A DNA stretch of 64,000 nt from assembly GCA_964399035.1 (NCBI GenBank), contig CAYNPH010000048.1:9685-73684 (forward strand), in the 5' to 3' direction. Each line of letters begins with the position of its first letter. Within the stretch, counting starts at the first letter, position 1. The position numbers and the translations under genes are program-made. This document shows positions 1 through 9,555 of this stretch, in pieces. Source of the DNA: an uncultured Desulfurococcaceae archaeon. Lineage in GTDB: Archaea > Thermoproteota > Thermoprotei_A > Sulfolobales > NBVN01. The notes under the pieces were generated by a model. The model saw only the letters and a program-made list of their open reading frames with translations, did not search any database and had not been told where the DNA came from.

Positions 1-131
1 AATCCGAGCAGAGTACCCTGCTTTGAGGTCAGCGCATCCAACCACACCGTGATACTCAAATCCTAAGCCCTAGAGGAAATGCCGTGAAACAGTTTTTAGT
101 TTATGATCCCGATGATAATGATGTGGTGATC

Positions 132-1505
132 ATGCGCAACAGGCTGTTTGGGACCGACGGTGTGAGAGGGATTGTTAATGAGACCCTAACACCTGACTTC
201 GTACTACGCCTAGCCTTAGCAATAGGGGAGTACTTCTCCCCAGGTAGCAGGATCTTAGTAGGGAGCGATGCTAGAGCCGGGAACGAATACATAGTGAAGA
301 TCGTGACGGGAGCATTGATAGCTTCCGGGCTCAAGGTCTATTACGCTGGAGCGTTACCCACACCCGCACTTCAATTCAATGTTAAAGAACGCGGATTTGA
401 TGGAGGTGTGATGATTACTGCCTCGCATAACCCTCCTCAATATAGTGGTGTGAAAGTAATAATGGCTGACGGTGTGGAGGCACCCCGCGACGTTGAGGAA
501 CGTATAGAGGAATCATTCTTTAACGGTAGGTACAGGAGAGTTCCTTGGCATACCTTCAAGGATCAATACTTCAAATTAAGCGACTCTGTGGAATACTATG
601 TCGAGGGAGTAGTGAAGAAAGTTGACTCGGAGCGGATTAGGAGAAGGGGATTCCGTGTCGTCGCCGACTGTGCTAATAATGTAGGTGCGCTAACAACCCC
701 CAGAATACTTAGGCGCTTAGGAGTTAAGGTCCTCAGCGTTAACGCGCACCTCTCACCAATACCATACAGAGAGCCCGAACCCGTGCCCGAGAACCTGACC
801 GATACTTCAGAGATTGTCCGAGCTATCAGAGCCGACTTCGGAGTAACGCACGATGGTGACGCGGACAGAGCAATATTCATTGACGATACAGGCCGCGTGA
901 TCCCCGGGGACAGGAGCGCGGCTCTACTCTGCCGACACATAGTAGTAAATAGAGGGGACAACGCGCCTAGGAGGGTCGTGACAGCGGTTTCCTCATCAAC
1001 TATAATTGAGGAAGTACTTAAGGACTTAGGGGTTGAAGTGTACTGGACTAAAGTTGGCAGCGTGGGTATAGCGAGAACCATGATGAAAATAGGTGCTCTG
1101 GCAGGATTTGAGGAGAACGGAGGCTTCATGTACCCACCCCATCAATACGTAAGAGATGGGGGGATGGCGTTGGCTTTAATGCTTGAGTACCTATCTTATG
1201 AAGGTAGAAAGTTAAGCGAGATCATTAATGAATTACCCAGCGTGCACCTAATTAAGACTAAGGTTCCACTAAGCGACAGAGGTAAAGCCATAGAGATAAT
1301 TGAGGAAATAAAGAGAAGGTACAGCAATCTGAGAATCATAGACATAGATGGCGTTAAAGGGATCGGCGAGGACTTCTGGTTCCTTGTGAGACCCTCCGGA
1401 ACCGAACCCGTGTTAAGGATATTCGTTGAGTGTAGATCGAAGGATAAGGCAGAGAAATTACTTAACGATATACTCAGCATAGTAAAGGAGGTAGTGGGAG
1501 GATGA
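132..1505 (+). CDS. glmM: alpha-D-phosphohexomutase family enzyme (phosphoglucosamine/phosphomannomutase type)
   Basis: ORF 84..1505. The conserved N-terminus LFGTDGVRG follows the ATG at 132. Active-site loop TASHNPPQYSGVKV and metal site DGDADR are present. Confidence 0.85.
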   Translation: MRNRLFGTDGVRGIVNETLTPDFVLRLALAIGEYFSPGSRILVGSDARAGNEYIVKIVTGALIASGLKVYYAGALPTPALQFNVKERGFDGGVMITASHNPPQYSGVKVIMADGVEAPRDVEERIEESFFNGRYRRVPWHTFKDQYFKLSDSVEYYVEGVVKKVDSERIRRRGFRVVADCANNVGALTTPRILRRLGVKVLSVNAHLSPIPYREPEPVPENLTDTSEIVRAIRADFGVTHDGDADRAIFIDDTGRVIPGDRSAALLCRHIVVNRGDNAPRRVVTAVSSSTIIEEVLKDLGVEVYWTKVGSVGIARTMMKIGALAGFEENGGFMYPPHQYVRDGGMALALMLEYLSYEGRKLSEIINELPSVHLIKTKVPLSDRGKAIEIIEEIKRRYSNLRIIDIDGVKGIGEDFWFLVRPSGTEPVLRIFVECRSKDKAEKLLNDILSIVKEVVGG

Positions 1506-1885
1506 GGTACGCGTTAATGAACTTAATTGCTTGCCCCATGTGCAAGCACTTTCCTCTTAAACTTTACGTGTTCGAGGAGAGGGTATTCGAGAAGGAGTAC
1601 GAGGTTAACGTACCTTTCTGTGACGTTTATTGTGGCAGGAAAGGAAAGAACGTAAGTGAGCTCAAGCAGGAGGAGCTGGACTGTAAAGAATGCGTGAAGC
1701 ATGATGTGGTGACAGGTATTTTAATTTGCCCTAAGTGCGGTAGATGGTACCCAATAATCAACGGCATACCGTTAATGTACCCTGACAGCAAGCGCAAGCA
1801 TCCCAAGGTTAGGGAAAAGGAAGAGGAGTTCCTTAGAAAGTACCGTGAAAAGCTACCGGCGGAACTAAGAAGCATTATCTCCTAA
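1502..1885 (+). CDS. Trm112-like zinc-ribbon protein with a Cys-rich insertion
   Basis: N-terminal LIACPMCKHFPLKL and C-terminal LICPKCGRWYPIINGIPLM resemble the split Trm112/DUF343 zinc ribbon. Start overlaps the glmM stop (ATGA). Confidence 0.55.
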   Translation: MRYALMNLIACPMCKHFPLKLYVFEERVFEKEYEVNVPFCDVYCGRKGKNVSELKQEELDCKECVKHDVVTGILICPKCGRWYPIINGIPLMYPDSKRKHPKVREKEEEFLRKYREKLPAELRSIIS

Positions 1886-2357
1886 ATCTCCTGCGTCGCC
1901 TACGTCTTAAACCCCGTAACAATAACTCAGTAGTTGACTCTTCTGCCTCAATCCTAGGTTTTAGTTCCTCTATAGCCTTCATCAGGGATTCTATCTCGTC
2001 CTCAGGTAGCTTATTCTGCTCCAGGAATTCTTCACCTGTCGACGTTAACCTCAACCTACGCGTTACAGGGTCTGTCTCGAGTAACCCTAAGTATAGCAGT
2101 ATCCTGATGTCCTCTGCCAGCGCTCTACTACTGGGGGTATCTCCTATCATTATGAACTCGTATCCCACGTCAACGTTTTTCTCATTCTTCAACATGTACA
2201 CGAGATTCGTCAGAGAGCGCTCCGAGATTTCCTTCATAGCCTGAACTATGTGCAGGATCCTTAATTTCTTGGGGTCCTTCTTAACCACCTCTACCGTTAC
2301 GACAGGCTTAGTTACTATTCGTAGTTCCTTGCTTCCTCCAGAACCTTTCTGCGACAA
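1875..2357 (-). CDS. hypothetical protein with a C-terminal poly-arginine tail (RRRRRRRFRR)
   Basis: 160-aa ORF with protein-like composition, divergent from the TIP49 gene. No family recognised. Confidence 0.5.
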   Translation of the reverse strand: MSQKGSGGSKELRIVTKPVVTVEVVKKDPKKLRILHIVQAMKEISERSLTNLVYMLKNEKNVDVGYEFIMIGDTPSSRALAEDIRILLYLGLLETDPVTRRLRLTSTGEEFLEQNKLPEDEIESLMKAIEELKPRIEAEESTTELLLRGLRRRRRRRFRR

Positions 2358-2465
2358 TCTATCACCGTTGTTATTTGACCCTTAGGAAAATTAAGCGTTC
2401 CCGATGTTTTAATTAGGCAAAAATTAAATCCCGTGACCCTATCTCATAGATTTTGGGTGATGCTG

Positions 2466-3830
2466 ATGGCGGAGATAAAGGAGATAAAGGTAAGCCGGAG
2501 TGAGTACGGCATAAGCATACATAGTCACATACGTGGATTAGGGCTTGATGAAAAAGGTAATCCGAAACCCGTGGCCGATGGACTGGTAGGTCAGCTAGAG
2601 GCCAGAAAAGCGGCAGGCATAGTTGTCGAGATGATAAGGCAAGGCAAGATGGCAGGGAAGGGCATACTATTTGTGGGTCCGCCAGGGACAGGCAAAACTG
2701 CCTTGGCCGTAGCTATAGCCCGGGAGCTGGGGGAGGACACACCCTTTGTTGCTCTGAGCGGCGGTGAAATATACTCTACTGAAGTGAAGAAGACTGAAAT
2801 ATTGATGAGGGCTGTTCGAAAGGCTATGGGTGTTAAGATAAAGGAAGTTCGGAAAGTATACGAGGGTGTGGTGAGAAGTATAAAAATAGCTTATGCCAGG
2901 CATCCCTTCAATCCCTACGTAAGGGTGCCACGTGAAGCACGAATAACCTTGGCGACGAAACATGACGAACTCACACTAAATGTTGGTGAGGAGGTCACTG
3001 CGCAGTTAGTCCAGTTACGTGTGAGGCGCGGGGATCACATATGGATTGATGCCGAGACAGGAGTGGTCCATAAGGTGGGCAGGGTCCGTGGTGTTGAGAA
3101 GGCTAAGTACTACGACGTTGAACCATGGAGACTGGAAGAGGAGATGCCTAGCGGCCCAGTCAAGCGGGAGAAAGAAATAGTGAGAGTATTCACTCTAAAC
3201 GACCTAGATGTATATGCCGCCAGCCAGAGGCTATCGCTTACAGGGTTATTTGGCATAGAACTTGAGAAGGAGATAGACGAGGAGGTGAGGAAGTCCGTCA
3301 ATAATCAGGTTCGCAAATGGATTGAGGAAGGTAAAGCGGAAATTGTGCCTGGCGTGCTCTTCATAGATGACGCGCACCTATTGGACCTTGAGGCATTCGC
3401 ATTCTTAACGAGGGTGCTGGAGTCGGAGTTCTCACCGATCCTCATACTAGCAACAAACAGGGGCATAACGAAGATCCGGGGCACGGACATAGATTCACCT
3501 CATGGCATACCGCTAGACCTTCTTGACAGGTTATTGCTGATTCCTGTAAGGCCTTACACGAGGGATGAGATACGTAAGATAATAGAAATAAGAGCTGACG
3601 AGGAAGGAGTCGAGTTAAGCGATGAGGCACTTGAGAGACTTGCTGATATAGGTGCTGAGAGGAGCTTAAGGTATGCAGTGCAACTTCTCAGACCTGCAGC
3701 AATAGTTGCTGGCAGGAATGGGCATTCAAAGGTACTCGTGGAGGACGTCAATGAAGTGGTACGCCTATTTGCTGATACTAAGACAAGTGTGTCACTCATA
3801 AAGGAGTACGAGGATCTTTTTATGAAATAG
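2466..3830 (+). CDS. TIP49/RuvB-like (RuvBL1/2-type) AAA+ ATPase
   Basis: Walker A GPPGTGKT and Walker B-like VLFIDDAHLLD, with a long insertion domain between them as in TIP49. The ORF opens at GTG 2433. ATG 2466 (MAEIKEIK) is the likelier start. Confidence 0.85.
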   Translation: MAEIKEIKVSRSEYGISIHSHIRGLGLDEKGNPKPVADGLVGQLEARKAAGIVVEMIRQGKMAGKGILFVGPPGTGKTALAVAIARELGEDTPFVALSGGEIYSTEVKKTEILMRAVRKAMGVKIKEVRKVYEGVVRSIKIAYARHPFNPYVRVPREARITLATKHDELTLNVGEEVTAQLVQLRVRRGDHIWIDAETGVVHKVGRVRGVEKAKYYDVEPWRLEEEMPSGPVKREKEIVRVFTLNDLDVYAASQRLSLTGLFGIELEKEIDEEVRKSVNNQVRKWIEEGKAEIVPGVLFIDDAHLLDLEAFAFLTRVLESEFSPILILATNRGITKIRGTDIDSPHGIPLDLLDRLLLIPVRPYTRDEIRKIIEIRADEEGVELSDEALERLADIGAERSLRYAVQLLRPAAIVAGRNGHSKVLVEDVNEVVRLFADTKTSVSLIKEYEDLFMK

Positions 3831-4149
3831 CTTCCACACCTTCTTCATCGTCCAGAGCGCTAACCAGTGGTATTAGTAGTGAAGGATCATCCACCTCAAC
3901 CTTATCTCCACTAGAGCTACTTTCACTTATAACTAACGTAATGACTAGATAGCTCCCAACCTTAACGGCCTTAACTTTCTTTATTCTCATCCTTGTATGT
4001 GGGTCCACCTCAGCTAGGGAATTACTTGACCCTGGCCGGAAGGTGTGACTTGATGAAGCTAGCGCTTTGGCTCTTATGCGTGTTGCTATGTATTGGTCGT
4101 AGCCAGTCACGGCTAAGATAATCAGCGTAATTGTTGCTATGAACAGCAT
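3820..4149 (-). CDS. hypothetical small protein with an N-terminal hydrophobic anchor
   Basis: It is the only sizeable ORF in the otherwise empty 3831..4219 gap. N-terminus MLFIATITLIILAVTG looks like a TM segment. Confidence 0.4.
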   Translation of the reverse strand: MLFIATITLIILAVTGYDQYIATRIRAKALASSSHTFRPGSSNSLAEVDPHTRMRIKKVKAVKVGSYLVITLVISESSSSGDKVEVDDPSLLIPLVSALDDEEGVEAIS

Positions 4150-4219
4150 TACCTCTAACGTGCGTCATCACCCACGAATGTAAGTGGGGTATTTCAAACC
4201 TTAAAAAACGTAGAGCGCG

Positions 4220-4933
4220 TTACTTCCGTGGTACGCGCGATAACGCGTCAAGCGCGCGTGTCGCTGCCCCGCGCGGATCGGGTGCTTTAGTAATGGCGGA
4301 GCCTATGACAATAATATCAATGCAGGCTCCGACGAATTTCTCAATATCTTCGGGCTTTATCCCCCCGCTAACGGAGATGATCACGTCGCTCAAGTCACTC
4401 TTTATTTTACGAGCAAGGTCTCGGAATGACGTGGCCCTAATACCGAGTCTTCGTTGGACATCAATTCCTGAATGGATATTAATTATGTTAACTCCAAGCT
4501 CATGTAATTCTCTAACGCGTTGAGGGATTATATCGGGTCGCAAACCTATGGTGTCAGCAATGACGTCCACGCCTAGTTTCCTTCCTTCAGTGATGGCGGC
4601 CTCTATAACAGCGTCATCGCTTGATGCAAGAATGGTCACGACATCCGCGCCGTAGCGGGCTGCCATACTGGTTTCGAGGGCACCTACGTCAGCTGTCTTC
4701 ATGTCTGCAAGGATTAAAGCATCACCACTTGTCATGGCCTTAATTATGGCTATGGACCTTATACCCTCAGCCTTGATTAGGGGTGTTCCAACCTCTATTA
4801 TCGGGATTGGAAGACCTCTCAAAGCAGACATGACACGTATGGCTTTTTCAATGTTTGTAAAATCTAATGCTACCTGCAGTAAGGGGTGTTCACATTGTTC
4901 GAGCATTTGAAGTAGTTTTCCCAATGATCTCAA
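4220..4933 (-). CDS. 3-hexulose-6-phosphate synthase-like enzyme (OMP decarboxylase superfamily)
   Basis: LQVALDF, IIEVGTPLIK and ADMKTADVG motifs are typical of HPS/KGPDC barrels. Confidence 0.75.
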   Translation of the reverse strand: MRSLGKLLQMLEQCEHPLLQVALDFTNIEKAIRVMSALRGLPIPIIEVGTPLIKAEGIRSIAIIKAMTSGDALILADMKTADVGALETSMAARYGADVVTILASSDDAVIEAAITEGRKLGVDVIADTIGLRPDIIPQRVRELHELGVNIINIHSGIDVQRRLGIRATSFRDLARKIKSDLSDVIISVSGGIKPEDIEKFVGACIDIIVIGSAITKAPDPRGAATRALDALSRVPRK

Positions 4934-5059
4934 CCAAAGATGTAGTAGATAGGGAAGCTATTAACGCGTTTTCTGCGAGGCTATGGCTTCAAGCCAGCCT
5001 TTATTGAGTGGCCAGGAAAAAAGCACCGAAAGTCTTTAATTTCACTTAAGGCCTGCTAC

Positions 5060-5356
5060 TTACTCCTTCTTAGCAATTACTATTTCGATAGTGGAGACCC
5101 TAGTCTGCCTGCCCTCAGCAGTGGTCACTACCTGGCTACCGATCTTGATGTCCTTGATCTCCACCTTGTCGGGGAGGAACCTGCTCCTCACTATCTCAAC
5201 GGTGTCAACAGCCTTGCTGATGGCTCTGCCCCTAGCCTTTATCACGATCTCTGAGACGCCCTGGTTTAGCAGGGTTAGGGTAGCTAGTACGTAGTTCATT
5301 ACAGGTTTCTTACCTACTAGGACTACATTGCTTGAGATTGGACCTTGGGATGACAT
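5060..5356 (-). CDS. albA: chromatin protein Alba (Sac10b family)
   Basis: Near-full-length resemblance to Sulfolobus Alba ([43 protein letters not shown]). Confidence 0.95.
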   Translation of the reverse strand: MSSQGPISSNVVLVGKKPVMNYVLATLTLLNQGVSEIVIKARGRAISKAVDTVEIVRSRFLPDKVEIKDIKIGSQVVTTAEGRQTRVSTIEIVIAKKE

Positions 5357-5445
5357 TGCTCTCTCACCTCATCTGTCTAAATTGCTTTGTTCGCAGAGTA
5401 TTCTTTGCCTCCGCCTTATAAGTTTTGTTGTAGTCCAATAAGAGG

Positions 5446-5826
5446 ATGTTTAGGAACCGCTTATTAGTATTGTGTTGGTTACCTACTCAGGTGAGGATAA
5501 CGGAGGAAAGCCTCCATAAGGTGGAATTCGCTGGGATTGCGAGAATAAGTAAAGTACCTCTGAACATTGCTAAAGGATTAGCACAGGCAAAGATAACTCC
5601 GCAAGACTTAAGTAACCCTGTATCATTTCAGCTGGCCTTTTCAAGACTATATGAAGCCCTCATGAAATCGCTAGAAAAAGGTGAAGGTGAAACTTACGTT
5701 GCTGAAGTTAAGTTTGTTGATAGCTTAGGGAATGAAGTTACGTTCGCAGTAGACATGGGTGAGGAGCCTCCAGCATTCAGTAGTGATACAGTAAGGGTTC
5801 GAGTAATTGTAGAATTTTATGAGTAG
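5446..5826 (+). CDS. hypothetical protein
   Basis: 126-aa ORF. TATA-like CCTTATAAGTTT lies about 25 nt upstream of the ATG, suggesting a leaderless mRNA. No family recognised. Confidence 0.45.
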   Translation: MFRNRLLVLCWLPTQVRITEESLHKVEFAGIARISKVPLNIAKGLAQAKITPQDLSNPVSFQLAFSRLYEALMKSLEKGEGETYVAEVKFVDSLGNEVTFAVDMGEEPPAFSSDTVRVRVIVEFYE

Positions 5827-5922
5827 GGATTTACACATGTTAGCTTAGACCTAACGAGGAAAACCTTAAACAAAGCTGATGACTAACCATGTACATGCGG
5901 CTTCCGAGAGAGGTGTATTCTA

Positions 5923-7578
5923 GTGGTTAATGACGTAGACCGATTGAAGATCTGGGTTAAAGGATGGATTGATTCTGAAGACTTTAAGAAATTACTGCGA
6001 GTAGCCGACTATGTGGGTAGAAGCAAAGGCATTTCTTACTTTCGTTTATCGAAAAATAAAGTATTATCCAGTGGTCTTTCAGTTGATGAGATCCTATCTA
6101 TCTTAGACGATGTAGGCGCTGAGTATGACCCTGAAATCGAGGTCGTGCTTAATAATTACCTTCGTGTAGATAGGGGGTCAGTAATACTTTCTTTCGATGG
6201 CAAGAGAATCTGTGTTAAATTTGAGCGATACCTAGGCAAGCTTTACGACAAACTAAGGGATTTGCTAAGATACGACTCGAAGGACAAGGTATTCTATACG
6301 CTACCGTATAAATATCACGAATTAAAGACCCGCTTACGTGATCTAGGATTCAACATAGAGGACCTCACGGGATTCAGAAGCGATCTTCCTCTGAACATTG
6401 ACGTGGTGTTCACCGGTGAGTTAAGAGACTATCAGGAAGACGCCATAAAGTCTTGGTTAAAGAATGACGGACGCGGCGTCATAGCGCTGCCCACAGGCTC
6501 CGGGAAGACCGTAATAGGTGTGGCTTCAGTAACTAAGGTAAAACAGAGAACCTTAGTAATAGCCTACACCAAAGAGCAGTTAATGCAATGGAAGGATGCA
6601 TTCTTAAAATTCACGAACATTCCGGAATATAGCATAGGTCTCTACTATAGTAAAGAGAAGAGAATCGCGCCCATAACGCTAGCGACCTACCAAACAGCGT
6701 ATAAGCATACAGCAAAACTTGCACCATACTTTAACTACATCATAATAGATGAAGTTCACCATCTGCCAGCAGAGAAGTTCAAACACATAGCTGTGAGCAT
6801 GCCATCCAAGTATAGGTTAGGGCTCTCAGCCACACCCTATAGGGAGGACGGGAAACATGTGGTATTGTTCCCATTGATGGGGGGTATAGTATACTATAAG
6901 ACTCCTCAAGAGCTTGCGGAGAAGGGTTACTTGGCTAAGTACAGGATAATAACTGTCAAGGTGCCATTACTTCCTGCTGAGAAGAAGAGGTATGAGGAAC
7001 TAAAGAAGAAGTTCAGGAGACTAGCAGGTTACGTTGGTTTCGACACGATAGTTGACGCGGCAAAGAGAGGAGACGCTAGAGCCATCCAAGCACTACGTAT
7101 TCACTCCGAGATGCGTCAAATAATACAGAAATCCGAGGCTAAGCTGAGGAAGGTCGAGGAAATAATAAGGAGAGAGCTTGCTGAAGGATCCAAGATAATA
7201 ATCTTCGCCCACTACGTGGATCTAGCAAAAACATTGGCTGATAGGGTGAAGGCATACCTACTCACCGGTGAAATGGATGCGCGGGAACGAAGGAGGGTGT
7301 TGGAGGAATTCAAGAAATGCAGGAGTGGGGTTCTAGTAGTAACCACGGTAGGGGATGAGGGCTTAGATATACCCGACGCTAACGTAGGCATTTTAGTGGC
7401 CGGGACGGGTTCACGTCGACAATTCATCCAGAGGCTCGGCAGATTATTGCGGCCTGGTGAGGGAAAGGAGGCTAAGTTGTATGAAGTAGTTGCCAAGGGA
7501 ACAGCTGAGGAGATTCAGTCAAGGAAAAGGAAGAAGATAAGCATGCAGGACTTTAAGGATTTAACAAACGTAGAGTAA
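5923..7578 (+). CDS. xpb: XPB/Rad25-type SF2 DNA helicase
   Basis: Walker A LPTGSGKT and DEVHH box. Helicase-C motifs VTTVGDEGLDIP and QRLGRLLR. An N-terminal non-helicase domain is present. Confidence 0.85.
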   Translation: MVNDVDRLKIWVKGWIDSEDFKKLLRVADYVGRSKGISYFRLSKNKVLSSGLSVDEILSILDDVGAEYDPEIEVVLNNYLRVDRGSVILSFDGKRICVKFERYLGKLYDKLRDLLRYDSKDKVFYTLPYKYHELKTRLRDLGFNIEDLTGFRSDLPLNIDVVFTGELRDYQEDAIKSWLKNDGRGVIALPTGSGKTVIGVASVTKVKQRTLVIAYTKEQLMQWKDAFLKFTNIPEYSIGLYYSKEKRIAPITLATYQTAYKHTAKLAPYFNYIIIDEVHHLPAEKFKHIAVSMPSKYRLGLSATPYREDGKHVVLFPLMGGIVYYKTPQELAEKGYLAKYRIITVKVPLLPAEKKRYEELKKKFRRLAGYVGFDTIVDAAKRGDARAIQALRIHSEMRQIIQKSEAKLRKVEEIIRRELAEGSKIIIFAHYVDLAKTLADRVKAYLLTGEMDARERRRVLEEFKKCRSGVLVVTTVGDEGLDIPDANVGILVAGTGSRRQFIQRLGRLLRPGEGKEAKLYEVVAKGTAEEIQSRKRKKISMQDFKDLTNVE

Positions 7579-8313
7579 TGCCCTCAGCGCAAGTACCTTC
7601 ATAATTTCCTCGTCATTTATGAGCCCAGTCATAATTATTGACCCATTATATGGGATCTCACTTACTAACACGTGGTCACCAAGGAAGACTAGAGGCTTTG
7701 AAAGTACCATCAATTTCTCGGGAATGTCACATACAATCTCAGCCTCAAGGGTAGTGTTAGAGTACTTCAAACCGTAAAGCATGGGATGGACACGCCATAA
7801 ATGCCATGCTAAACCCCGAACAGGTTCGGTAACTACACCGGTCAATCCAGGTAGTAGGACAATGTGCTTCGTATGAAACACCTTGCTGAAGTAGCCATCC
7901 CACGTAATTCCGGAGTTGGCATCAACTACAAAGCACTTGCCGCCCCAAACAGAGGTTGCCCGCTTACTGACGAGTTGCATTATAGGGTCAAGCAAGTCTT
8001 TGAGAGCGCCTGCTCCCATAACGTCAGGGCGGCTGCTCAGCAAGGATTTTCCATCTACCCAGCACTCCTCTGCAATACGATAATATCTGTAGGCAGTGTC
8101 CAAAGGCTTAGGTGTGATTAGGGTTAATGGAGGTAGGGTAATGTGCCTTGTTACTCCATTAATATCTAAAGGAACAACTGAGGGCTTCATTATTATGTAG
8201 GACTCACCACCTAATCTAAGTGCGTCCATTACTATGTGCGCTTCATTGTCGAACCGTGAGTATTGCCCCACTAGATTAGCGAAGTAGCCTTCCTTCAGCT
8301 TCATCCTACCCAA
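7561..8313 (-). CDS. hypothetical protein (250 aa)
   Basis: Long ORF with globular composition. It is convergent with xpb and overlaps it by 18 nt. No family recognised. Confidence 0.5.
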   Translation of the reverse strand: MGRMKLKEGYFANLVGQYSRFDNEAHIVMDALRLGGESYIIMKPSVVPLDINGVTRHITLPPLTLITPKPLDTAYRYYRIAEECWVDGKSLLSSRPDVMGAGALKDLLDPIMQLVSKRATSVWGGKCFVVDANSGITWDGYFSKVFHTKHIVLLPGLTGVVTEPVRGLAWHLWRVHPMLYGLKYSNTTLEAEIVCDIPEKLMVLSKPLVFLGDHVLVSEIPYNGSIIMTGLINDEEIMKVLALRALLYVC

Positions 8314-8389
8314 CGCCTAGGAGGAGATTTCAACTCATGGGTTAAAGTCTTTGGGGCACATATATTTAGCTAAGGACGATAAGACAGTC

Positions 8390-8463
8390 GGGAAATGATG
8401 AGCTTTGTAAGGGCGGATCCATAGATTCACCTAGGATGAGGAGAACCGGGCTACTGAACTTCC
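8390..8463 (+). ncRNA. candidate C/D box sRNA
   Basis: C box AUGAUGA 8395-8401, then a 12-nt spacer, then D'-like CGGA 8414-8417. Degenerate C' AGGAUGA 8433-8439 and D box CUGA 8454-8457. Terminal stem GGAA 8391-94 / UUCC 8460-63. TATA-like ATATATTT at 8359-8366. Confidence 0.5.
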
Positions 8464-8571
8464 TGGCATCATCAAAATTTGCTTAGTGTGACGTTTTCAC
8501 GTAAGAGGCAGGTTTTACTTCGGCAGTTTCGTTTATTAGGATTGTATACCAGTATATACGATGATGGCGCT

Positions 8572-8814
8572 ATGCCTGCCGCGATAGTTCTCGTAAATAC
8601 CGAGATAGGCGCGGAATCACAAGTTATGGAGGCGCTTTCACAAATAGAGGGCGTCAAGGAAATACACGTAGTATATGGTATGTATGACATCGTGGTTAAA
8701 GCAGAGGCTGACTCCCACGAATCCCTAAGGGAGTTAGTAATAAATAAGATTCGAAGGATACCGCAAGTACGTGGCACAACTACGATGATCATAATTGAGT
8801 CAAAAATAATATGA
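8572..8814 (+). CDS. stand-alone Lrp/AsnC-type ligand-binding (RAM) domain protein
   Basis: AIVLVNTEIGAE..V...L..I.GVKEIHVVYGMYDIVVKAEA pattern. The ORF opens at 8479, but ATG 8572 gives the usual length of about 80 aa. Confidence 0.6.
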   Translation: MPAAIVLVNTEIGAESQVMEALSQIEGVKEIHVVYGMYDIVVKAEADSHESLRELVINKIRRIPQVRGTTTMIIIESKII

Positions 8815-8895
8815 CCTCGGTAGCGAACATTAGGTAGTTAAATTTGAGTTAGGTAAGTTTTTGATGCTAATCCTTCACCTTGATTAAGTAAAAAC

Positions 8896-9549
8896 CTAGT
8901 CTTTGAAGAAGCTCCTCTTTAGCCACGGTAATTTCATATCTTTCCCTCTTATCCTCTCAAGAAATGCGCTAGCTTCCACTAACCCACGCTTAAATATGGC
9001 TACATTAGCCTTTCCGAGATCGGTGCTCGGATAAGGTATCCTATCAGTGCAGCAGTTCTGCATAGGTAAGCCCATGAACTCCAGTAGCCCCGCTAGGAAT
9101 CCCAGCATGAACATGTTAGCTCCTGCAGGGTTACCAAGCTTAATTGCCTCCTCTGAAGCGTTAACTACCACCGTGAGGGCTGAATGACTCTTTATTGCTT
9201 TCAGTATAGTCTCCTTCTCCGGAACCTTCGCACCGGGGATTGACGGTCTCAGTACTTTGTCGTTTACTACGCTGAGCGAGAACTTCGGGTTGACATAATT
9301 TAAGTAACGGGCACCTTCTAGCATTTCTAATGTGACCATTACGTGCGCCTCACGCAGTGGTACGGTGGGGGCGTACACGTCATTACCTACCCTTACGTGA
9401 ACTATCACTGAACCCCCACGCTGACTCATGCCATGGGTCTCAGCAACTAGAGCCTTAACACCTGCTTCGACCGCACACGCGCCAAGGATTTTTGAGAGGG
9501 TGAGTATGCCTTGACCCCCTACCCCAACTACAATTATATTAAGCGCCAA
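8896..9549 (-). CDS. iorB: indolepyruvate:ferredoxin oxidoreductase beta subunit
   Basis: N-terminus IIVVGVGGQGILT is typical of the 2-oxoacid oxidoreductase gamma-type domain. It lies immediately downstream of iorA. Confidence 0.8.
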   Translation of the reverse strand: MALNIIVVGVGGQGILTLSKILGACAVEAGVKALVAETHGMSQRGGSVIVHVRVGNDVYAPTVPLREAHVMVTLEMLEGARYLNYVNPKFSLSVVNDKVLRPSIPGAKVPEKETILKAIKSHSALTVVVNASEEAIKLGNPAGANMFMLGFLAGLLEFMGLPMQNCCTDRIPYPSTDLGKANVAIFKRGLVEASAFLERIRGKDMKLPWLKRSFFKD

Positions 9550-9555
9550 GGTGCC

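Noticed and set aside
596-1129. Long antisense ORFs inside confident genes, for example 596..1129(-), 10547..11065(+), 28424..29026(-), 37114..37545(-), 52459..53049(-) and 55829..56248(-).
   Set aside because: These are shadow ORFs opposite well-supported CDS. Their translations are low-complexity and Ser/Leu/Pro-rich, with no recognisable motifs.
4150-4180. A GUGAUGA motif on the minus strand, considered as a possible C box.
   Set aside because: There is no properly spaced D' or C' box, and the only CUGA lies 39 nt away. The stretch also contains the start codon of ORF 3820..4149.
7561-8313. The xpb neighbour considered as Bax1.
   Set aside because: It has the wrong orientation (convergent), is too short (250 aa versus roughly 370-460), and shows no recognisable nuclease motifs.
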